Assembly: GCA_044892525.1 (NCBI GenBank)
Contig: CM097885.1
Span: 10,852,001-10,916,000, forward strand
Source of the DNA: Schmidtea polychroa
Taxonomy: Eukaryota
Direction: 5' to 3'
Length of the DNA stretch: 64,000 bases
Under the pieces are notes generated by a model, which did no database searches, was not told the origin of the DNA, and saw only the letters and a list, made by a program, of their open reading frames with translations. How positions within the stretch are numbered: position 1 is the first letter of the stretch; every line of letters begins with the position of its first letter. The position numbers and the translations under genes are program-made. This document shows, piece after piece, positions 18,771 to 25,782 of the stretch.

Positions 18771-19223
18771 TTATAGTAGAGATTCTAGATCATTATAAAT
18801 TTCTTGAATTATAGATTCAAAATCCTGCGTATGCCCCATATTCAATCTATACAAAACATATAAACTTAAAATACCACATATTTTAGTATTCAAAGGTTGA
18901 ACTTGTAAAGAGTTAAAAGTATAACCATTTGGGGAATCAATCGGAGAACCCCTCAAGAGATAATCTTCAACTTCTTTAGTAGGTTTAATCCCAAAAGAAT
19001 CAAAGTAGATAGATTTCTTATATATACAAACCCAATGAGATCCTTTTTCATTTGAATTTTGATAATTGATTATTATATTCAGGGGACTCTCCAGACTTGA
19101 TAATTCATCATTCATTAATATTTTAATTTTTAAATTTAAATAATTTGCATAATCTTTTAAATCAAAATTTGTTTTTGCATTTATTCCAAATGTTTTTAAA
19201 AAATCTAATATTGAAGGAGTCAT
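18771..19223 (-). CDS. Adenain-like cysteine maturation protease
   Basis: GSHWVCI (His), YFDSFG (Asp), QVQ..ICG (Gln/Cys). Confidence 0.92.
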   Translation of the reverse strand: MTPSILDFLKTFGINAKTNFDLKDYANYLNLKIKILMNDELSSLESPLNIIINYQNSNEKGSHWVCIYKKSIYFDSFGIKPTKEVEDYLLRGSPIDSPNGYTFNSLQVQPLNTKICGILSLYVLYRLNMGHTQDFESIIQEIYNDLESLL

Positions 19224-19245
19224 TTTGTATTTTAAAACTTCATAT

Positions 19246-20115
19246 TTATAACTTCGTATACTTATTAAATTTATCTTTTGAAATTATTCCTTGTTTTAAC
19301 AAATCTTTAGAAATCTTTAAAATATCAGAATCTAAATTATTATGTCCTGCTTTCCTTGCAGCTAATAGTTTTCTTAATTCAATAAAAAGATTGATGGGAT
19401 TTCCTTCACTAATTAATCCCTCTCCCTCTGTAACAACATAACCCTTTTCATTTTTATCTAAATAATTCTTTAAATCTTGAATATATTTTGCTTTAGAACT
19501 AGCTCTTATTAATCTTATTAAATTTAAATATTTTTTAATTTCTTCAACATCATCTGAAGAATATCCACAAAGTAATTTATAAAAATCATCTGTAAATTCA
19601 AAGTCTAAATATTCATTATTATAAACATTTTGTGAATGAATACGTGATTTATTTTCTGAATTTGAATATAAAGTAAAGTTTTGTTTATTAATTGTTATTA
19701 TTTGATATCCTTCAGTATTAGTATTAAATGTGGGTCTAATTGAAGGAGGTAAATCATCTCTAATTTTAGGATCAACTTTAAGAGGTTTTGTTTTTAAAAA
19801 CATTTCTTCTTCTTCTTCCGCATTAGAAATTCTTCTGCGTTTTCTTTGATTTCTTTCAGGATGACTTTCACTGGATTCTTCCTTCCACTCTAGTTTTTTT
19901 ATTTTTTGTTCATGGGGACTTCCTCCATCTTCTAACTCTTTAAATTTTGCTTGCTCATTTAATCCTTTTATAGCTTTAATTGTTGGCCCCTGTTGTTGTG
20001 TTATTACCTCATTTAATATTATAGATTCAGCATGTTGACTTGTATCTTTTTTATTATATTTATCTTGTTCTGATTGTAATTTTTTTAAAAGTGCTAATCT
20101 TTCTTCATATACCAT
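19246..20115 (-). CDS. Conserved Polinton hypothetical (putative core) protein
   Basis: C-terminal NPINLFIELRKLLAARKAGHNN..ILKISKDLLKQGII resembles a motif I recall from invertebrate Polinton ORFs; intact 289 aa. Confidence 0.7.
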   Translation of the reverse strand: MVYEERLALLKKLQSEQDKYNKKDTSQHAESIILNEVITQQQGPTIKAIKGLNEQAKFKELEDGGSPHEQKIKKLEWKEESSESHPERNQRKRRRISNAEEEEEMFLKTKPLKVDPKIRDDLPPSIRPTFNTNTEGYQIITINKQNFTLYSNSENKSRIHSQNVYNNEYLDFEFTDDFYKLLCGYSSDDVEEIKKYLNLIRLIRASSKAKYIQDLKNYLDKNEKGYVVTEGEGLISEGNPINLFIELRKLLAARKAGHNNLDSDILKISKDLLKQGIISKDKFNKYTKL

Positions 20116-20137
20116 TTTTATGGTATTAAAAATGGTA

Positions 20138-20746
20138 TCATTTTGGTAAAGGATCCGTTGGAAAGGGCTTCAAGTATAATCCTTTACCATTTTTAGTTTT
20201 ACAAAGGCATCCATTCTTTAAAGATTTACATATTTTTTTTAAATCTTCTTTATCTTTTGAAGATAAAGATTCAGATGTAGAAATTTGATTTTTTAAAAAA
20301 TCATTTAAACCTCTACCTTTATAAGGATCAAGATAGAGACCTTTGCCCTGAGACTTTTGCCGACTCCCCTCATATGGATTAAGATAGAGACCCTTTCCAA
20401 CGGACACTCCCCCTTTAGCTTGCCCTACCTTCTTCATTGAATCGATTTCAGTTTGTAGTTTTTCTTTTTCTAGGTCTGTCTTTTGAGATTCTTTAGCTTT
20501 TTGAACTGTAGTTGCAATTCCTCCAGCTATTCCAGCAGCACCTGATAAACCAGCAATGATTGCAGGTATTAAAGCAGCTAATGGAAGAATGCCACCTTCT
20601 TTAGCTTCGTGGATCTTCGCTCTAACTTGTTCTTTTACATGTTTTCCAATAAAATATTTTTTACCATCAATTACTACTGATTTACTTTTATTTGAATTTA
20701 TTAATTCTTGCAAAGATTCTTCAGTAGAGGAACTCTTCGAGGTCAT
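20138..20746 (-). CDS. Adenovirus pX(mu)-like virion core precursor
   Basis: GGILPLAALIPAIIAGLSGAAGIAGGI resembles the adenovirus pX C-terminus; three GKGLYLxP repeats. Confidence 0.7.
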   Translation of the reverse strand: MTSKSSSTEESLQELINSNKSKSVVIDGKKYFIGKHVKEQVRAKIHEAKEGGILPLAALIPAIIAGLSGAAGIAGGIATTVQKAKESQKTDLEKEKLQTEIDSMKKVGQAKGGVSVGKGLYLNPYEGSRQKSQGKGLYLDPYKGRGLNDFLKNQISTSESLSSKDKEDLKKICKSLKNGCLCKTKNGKGLYLKPFPTDPLPK

Positions 20747-20761
20747 TTTATAATAAACAAA

Positions 20762-21568
20762 ATGGATGTACGAAGTCCAATAATTTGGAAACCAATTTTA
20801 AATAGACATAAGAGTAAATTTAATAATAAAGTATTTCCTGATAATTTTAGATTATTAATTGTTGGTTCTTCTGGATGTGGAAAGAATGTACTTGTTTTGA
20901 GAATGTTACTTGAAGATGATTTTTTAGATTATAATAATTTAATCTTTTATTCTACAACCATAAATCAACCAGAATTACAACTTTTGAAATGTGGATTTGA
21001 AAATAAATTAACTAAAAAAGCAATAATTGATATTTTTAAAAATCAACATAGGTGTCCTGAAGAAGTTTTTCAACCTTGTGATATGGTTGATTGGTATAAG
21101 GAAAAGATTTTAGAATCAGATATTAGTAATAAAAATGATTATATTTGTGAAGAAGGGCAGGAGGCAATTCAAGTTTTATTCTCTAATAAACCTGAAGATG
21201 TTTTACATTGTGATTTACTTCCTAAAGATAAAAAGAATCTAGTTATATTTGATGATGTTGTTAATATGAAAAATCAAGAGATTCAAAAGAGTTACTTTAC
21301 ACGAGGTCGACATAATAATTGTAATGTTATTTATATATCTCAAACATATTATGCTTTAGATAAAAATTCAATAAGAAATAATTCCAATTGTTTTATATTT
21401 TTTAAATTAGATCGCCGTGATAAGAATATGATTTATAATGATTTATTTTCAAATGTTGAACCTGATAAGAATATGTTTGATATGTTTGTTGATAATCATT
21501 GGAAAGAAAAATATAATTATATTTATTTGGATAGAGAAGAAGCTGAAATATGGAAAAGTTTGTTTTAG
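20762..21568 (+). CDS. A32/FtsK-like DNA packaging ATPase
   Basis: Walker A GSSGCGKN, Walker B LVIFDD, RGRHNN, IYISQ, SIRNN. Likely ATG at 20762 (AAAATG context). Confidence 0.93.
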   Translation: MDVRSPIIWKPILNRHKSKFNNKVFPDNFRLLIVGSSGCGKNVLVLRMLLEDDFLDYNNLIFYSTTINQPELQLLKCGFENKLTKKAIIDIFKNQHRCPEEVFQPCDMVDWYKEKILESDISNKNDYICEEGQEAIQVLFSNKPEDVLHCDLLPKDKKNLVIFDDVVNMKNQEIQKSYFTRGRHNNCNVIYISQTYYALDKNSIRNNSNCFIFFKLDRRDKNMIYNDLFSNVEPDKNMFDMFVDNHWKEKYNYIYLDREEAEIWKSLF

Positions 21569-21579
21569 GGCTTGTCGAC

Positions 21580-22989
21580 TTAAAAATCTGTTTTCTGTAG
21601 TTCATTATTATAAAATCTACCTAATATTTTTTCATTATTTAAATCAAAGATGCTATATGTTATTGGAGTTGTATAATGTATTTTATTTATAATAAAAATT
21701 TCATTTGTCCATTTTGCTGTGAATCCTTTTTCAAATTTATTTTTATATTTAAATATTCTTACTCGGTCACCAATTTTAAACTTTGGTTTTATAGGGGTTG
21801 TATCAACAATATTTACCACTTTAATGGTTTCAGGCTTCATGGAAGCATTTAAAGGTGTTAATTTTATAGAACTATGTACATCATTATTATATTCATTTAC
21901 AATCTTTTGTAACAATTCATTGTTCCATTTTTGTTTTCCAATAGCAGTAAAATATTTCCACATTTTATTTTTTAATGTTCTATTTAATCTTTCAACTACG
22001 ACTGCTTTTCCTTCGTTTTCTGTTGAATATAATTTAATATCATTTTCATTTAAAAACTTTGTAAAAACTTTGTTATAAAATTCTGTTCCTTTATCACACC
22101 ATAAATATTTTGGAATTCTTTGATATTCTTCAAATATATTTTCAAATGCTTCTGTAATTGAATATCCTGTTTTATTTTCTAAACACCTTGCAAAAGCAAA
22201 TCTTGTATATAAATCTATTACTGTTAAAATTATTTTATATTTTTCAGGGTCTGATGATTTGGGCATAAAGACTAAATCAGCAGACCATGTTTGATCTTTT
22301 TCATGTACTTGAACTTTTAAATATTTTTTATTTTTTCTAAATTCATGGTGTAATTCGTTGGCATATTTTATTTCTGATTCTGTTGGGGTTTGTAAACTAG
22401 TCTTGGCTGTACTCTCGAGGGATCTTTCAATCTCTGCTTGTTCGATAATCTTTTTATAAGCAACATCTTTTGCTTTCCTAGGAAGTCTTGCACCCATGGT
22501 GATCGGACTGTGTCCTAAGCCTATGAAAATCTTAACTTTCATTGCTAATTTAACTAGAGCTCTTTGAATCTTTTCTTGGGTTGATGGATTTTGGATACTA
22601 TTTAAATCATGTATTAAATTCACATCTGCAACATGTCTATCTCTAAGATCTTTTGAATTGTATGCAATGTCATGTTTTAAAGCTGCTTGATCAATTCTAT
22701 TTATTGGTTCTTCTCCTTGTTTAGGATTATTATTTTCATCTAATCTAATATCTAGACGTGTTCCTGGTCCAGTATAGTTGTGTTTAAATAAATGTCTTTC
22801 ACCTGGATATTTTTCTGTAGTAAAAGGTTTTAATATTGAAGATGCCACTTTTGAAGATTGCAAATCGCCTCCAGCTCGTGGAATTAGATCAACTCTCGTA
22901 TGTTTTTTAGTTTTAAGATGACTTGCTTTATGATGTCTTGTAACTTGACAATTACAACTTTCACATCTCCAATATTTATTTAGAGACAT
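21580..22989 (-). CDS. C2H2 zinc finger - parvovirus-type phospholipase A2 - retroviral-like (rve) integrase fusion
   Basis: CESC..H..H; NYTGPGT and DQAALKHDIAY (PLA2); WSADL, WCDKGTEF, VVERLNRTLK (DDE); FKIGDRVRI..WTNEIF C-terminus. Confidence 0.92.
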   Translation of the reverse strand: MSLNKYWRCESCNCQVTRHHKASHLKTKKHTRVDLIPRAGGDLQSSKVASSILKPFTTEKYPGERHLFKHNYTGPGTRLDIRLDENNNPKQGEEPINRIDQAALKHDIAYNSKDLRDRHVADVNLIHDLNSIQNPSTQEKIQRALVKLAMKVKIFIGLGHSPITMGARLPRKAKDVAYKKIIEQAEIERSLESTAKTSLQTPTESEIKYANELHHEFRKNKKYLKVQVHEKDQTWSADLVFMPKSSDPEKYKIILTVIDLYTRFAFARCLENKTGYSITEAFENIFEEYQRIPKYLWCDKGTEFYNKVFTKFLNENDIKLYSTENEGKAVVVERLNRTLKNKMWKYFTAIGKQKWNNELLQKIVNEYNNDVHSSIKLTPLNASMKPETIKVVNIVDTTPIKPKFKIGDRVRIFKYKNKFEKGFTAKWTNEIFIINKIHYTTPITYSIFDLNNEKILGRFYNNELQKTDF

Positions 22990-23018
22990 TTTAAAATGTT
23001 AAAATATCAGGGATTATA

Positions 23019-24311
23019 TCAAGAATCTCCCCTAACATTTTCGATTATTGAAATCTTTCCACCATATAATTTCATTTCTATTTTCTTTTCTTCTAATATT
23101 AATGTATAGACTTTAGCTTTAAAATTAGAATCCTTTGTTACATGAAGTGTAACATCAACATTATTTATGGCTAATCTATCATCTTGATCTGATACATTTA
23201 TACAAAATATAGAATATAAATTTTTGAAATCTTCTAAACTTAATTGTGGTTCAACTTTGAAATCATAACATGTTTCAATATAATTTAGATATGGGAATAT
23301 GTTTTCATTATTTTCAATATTAAATTCCATTCTATTTATTGGATAATAAGAACTATTTAATTGAATTTGGATTGTTTTTAAATTATCATCTCCAATCTTT
23401 TGAATAAACAAGTTGTTATTTTTTTGGAAAGATGAATCTACTTCTTTGAATCCAATCAAGATATATCTTGGTCGGTATGCTAAATTTGCTACCTTTATAG
23501 AATATGTTGAACCCTCTGTCATACTAAATTCACTACAGATTCTATTTAAATAATTTACATTTATAGACTTGTTGGAATTTAATCTTTCAAGGAGTTTAAT
23601 CTCAGAATGTGGGTTTAATGTCCATTCAGGTATATGTAATTCAAGTGTTGATAATTTTAATTTAGCTTTTGTATCTACAGCTCCATAGAACAATCTTTTA
23701 TCACCTTCTACTCTATTACAGATGAATTCTATAAAAACATTATGAAGTATACGATTATAGTTTTGAAGGAATCCAAACAAGTGTTTTAATTCAAAATAAC
23801 CTTCAAATTTTTTAGATTTATAAAGTTCAGCTCTTTTATAGTAACCATGGTTTACATCTAAACCATCTTTATCTAAATCCCCTTTATTAACATCAGGAAT
23901 CCAACCTGTTAATTCACCATATTCGTTTTTATAATCACAACCAGTCAAAATAAAATTTAACATTGTAGAATATACTCCCGGATGCAAAACAGTTTCAATT
24001 TCTGATGATCCTAGTTTTAATCTCATGTTGGAGAATAAATTTGGAAAGAAATTATTTTCTAGGATTATATCTTTGTTTGCTTCAATTTCTAATTCGATTT
24101 TATAATATAATTTGGCATTACAAATATCTATTGGGTTTGATGTTTGAAGAGATTGAAAAACTATATCACCCCTACGATTTAAGTTTGCAATAGATCCTGA
24201 AGTTGGGGAGATTTTAGGTACATCATTTTTCTTGATTTCATGAGTAAATTCTTTATTATAATCAAGATTTAATTTATTTTTTTCTTGAATTTTAAGATTT
24301 CTATTATTCAT
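23019..24311 (-). CDS. Major capsid protein (double jelly-roll)
   Basis: 430 aa, beta-rich; LKHLFGF, RPRYILIGF, YYPINRMEFN, FKNLYSIFCINVS motifs like Polinton MCPs. Confidence 0.85.
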   Translation of the reverse strand: MNNRNLKIQEKNKLNLDYNKEFTHEIKKNDVPKISPTSGSIANLNRRGDIVFQSLQTSNPIDICNAKLYYKIELEIEANKDIILENNFFPNLFSNMRLKLGSSEIETVLHPGVYSTMLNFILTGCDYKNEYGELTGWIPDVNKGDLDKDGLDVNHGYYKRAELYKSKKFEGYFELKHLFGFLQNYNRILHNVFIEFICNRVEGDKRLFYGAVDTKAKLKLSTLELHIPEWTLNPHSEIKLLERLNSNKSINVNYLNRICSEFSMTEGSTYSIKVANLAYRPRYILIGFKEVDSSFQKNNNLFIQKIGDDNLKTIQIQLNSSYYPINRMEFNIENNENIFPYLNYIETCYDFKVEPQLSLEDFKNLYSIFCINVSDQDDRLAINNVDVTLHVTKDSNFKAKVYTLILEEKKIEMKLYGGKISIIENVRGDS

Positions 24312-24365
24312 TTTTATATATTAAAATTTACACACACAATAGGATTAATTAAATATATTATGTAA

Positions 24366-24446
24366 GCCATTATAGCGGAGTGGGAATAGGCTTCAATTTT
24401 ATCACCGGGAGTCCGGGTTCAATTTTCGATTTTGGTCAATTTTTTT
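24366..24446 (+). ncRNA. Pol III tRNA-like unit 1
   Basis: A box TAGCGGAGTGG (24373), degenerate B box GGTTCAATTTT (24416), partial acceptor pairing GCCA/TGGT, then a T7 run. Confidence 0.55.
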
Positions 24447-24608
24447 CGATATTTTTTTTTCAACGGAATCTGATTCAGCGTACTGATTTTAGTATATATT
24501 TAAATTTTCAGATGGATCTGAGTGGTAGTTGTCGAGAAAATGAATAATTAATTATTAATTTCATCAATAAATAGTCACACATTAACAACTTATTTTATAT
24601 TGAGTATA

Positions 24609-24689
24609 GCTCTAATAGCTTAGTGGTAATAGCACTCGACTGCATTGCCAATACCAATGGGTTCAAATCCCATTTCGGTCATTTTTTTT
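24609..24689 (+). ncRNA. Pol III tRNA-like unit 2 (tRNA-Cys-like)
   Basis: A box TAGCTTAGTGG (24616), D stem GCT/AGC, GACTGCA at the anticodon position, perfect T arm ATGGG-TTCAAAT-CCCAT, T8 terminator. The anticodon stem does not pair. Confidence 0.7.
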
Positions 24690-24848
24690 CAAATTTTTTT
24701 TTTAAACAAAATATTGATCAGCATACTCGATTTTGTACTTGTACAAATTTTAAAGGTGATTGGTCAACGGCAACTCTTGGAAATTTAAGATCAAAAACGT
24801 TTTAACTTGAATCGATTATTTATAGTCTAAAAAATGACAAAAATTCAA

Positions 24849-24930
24849 ACCTTGATGGCGCAGTGGGCTAGACCGGCACAGTGGTTCAAATAGATAGCGG
24901 TTCAAATCCTAACTGTGGTTAGTTTTTTTT
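24849..24930 (+). ncRNA. Pol III tRNA-like unit 3
   Basis: A box TGGCGCAGTGG (24856), B box GGTTCAAATCC (24899), ACC/GGT end pairing, T8 terminator. Confidence 0.65.
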
Positions 24931-25088
24931 CAACATAAAATAATATTAAAAATTTGAAAATAATAGTGTGGGTATCTTATATTTATAAAGTACTTGTATA
25001 TTTTATTTTATTTATTTTATTTTATTTTATTTTTTTATTAATTAATTATTTTTTAAACATAAATATGAAAAAAAAAATATTGAAACGG

Positions 25089-25169
25089 GTGATGGTGGCG
25101 AACCGGTAATTATCGCCACCTGTCTTTCGAACACCCCCGGATCGATCCCGGTAATGTGCACATTTATTT
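25089..25169 (+). ncRNA. Pol III tRNA-like unit 4
   Basis: A-box-like TGGCGAACCGG (25096) inside an 8-bp hairpin GGTGGCGA/TCGCCACC; T-arm-like CCGG-ATCGATC-CCGG. Weak terminator (TTTATTT, or T4 near 25178). Confidence 0.5.
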
Positions 25170-25396
25170 CTTGGTTGTTTTCGGACCTCTTTCGGATTCG
25201 CTTTCGAATTCATTTGAACTTTCGAGCAGCACGCTTAAAACGCCGTTGAAATCGTATTCGAGCGAGAAGCGAATAATAAGGTGTGCTGCTATTATCGAAT
25301 TGATTCTGATGTATGAGTCTGGCCAGCTTGTATATTGGAAGAGATTTGATAAACGAAAGAGGTTGATAAATAAAAAAAAAATGATCCGGATCAAAA

Positions 25397-25467
25397 AAAA
25401 CTGTTGAGGGGACAGTGAAAAAAAAAAAAAAAAAAAAAAAAAAACACTGTCCTCTCAGAGCAGTTTT
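25397..25467. other. Hairpin with a ~27-nt poly(A) loop
   Basis: TGAGGGGACAGTG-(A)27-CACTGTCCTCTCA, extended by AAAACTG/CAGTTTT. Confidence 0.75.
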
Positions 25468-25514
25468 ACTATTTTCATAAAATTTTTTATTTTTAAAACT
25501 TTCAAAACCTTAAG

Positions 25515-25782
25515 GTGATCAGGCGACCTAGATCATTATGAATTAGGTAATCTGATATTCTTATAACATTAAATCCTTATAACATTAAATCCTTAAGACC
25601 AAGTAGTGAGGAATCTATGCACCCTTTGCAACCTTTTCTCGGAATTACTAATCTATAAATACATCTATTCCGAACTTTTTTACTTTTAAGGGAAGAAATT
25701 AAGGGTTAATGGCAATAGGGGACAAAGTTTAAAAGTTAAAAAAAGTGAAGAATATGGGGTAAAAAAGCATATAAATGTGGAA
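25515..25782 (-). repeat. Polinton right TIR, outer ~65 bp missing
   Basis: Reverse complement of 10907-11172; ends abruptly against Penelope-like sequence. Confidence 0.92.

Larger units (their letters stand above)
10842..25782. mobile_element. Polinton/Maverick endogenous DNA virus, near complete; right end truncated
   Basis: AGTAGT terminus, long TIRs, and pPolB, integrase, ATPase, protease, penton and capsid-like ORFs. Confidence 0.97.

Noticed and set aside
20708..20761. N-terminal extension of the ATPase
   Set aside because: TTG start overlapping the divergent gene; the ATG at 20762 has the shared AAAATG context.
24609..24681. Canonical tRNA-Cys gene
   Set aside because: The anticodon stem cannot pair and the acceptor stem has two mismatches, so it is reported as tRNA-like only.
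25310..25395. Fifth Pol III unit at the next 240-bp step
   Set aside because: No convincing A box/B box pair.
25156..25407. Overlapping 83-aa and 76-aa ORFs
   Set aside because: Non-ATG starts and no motifs; likely by-products of the locally higher GC.
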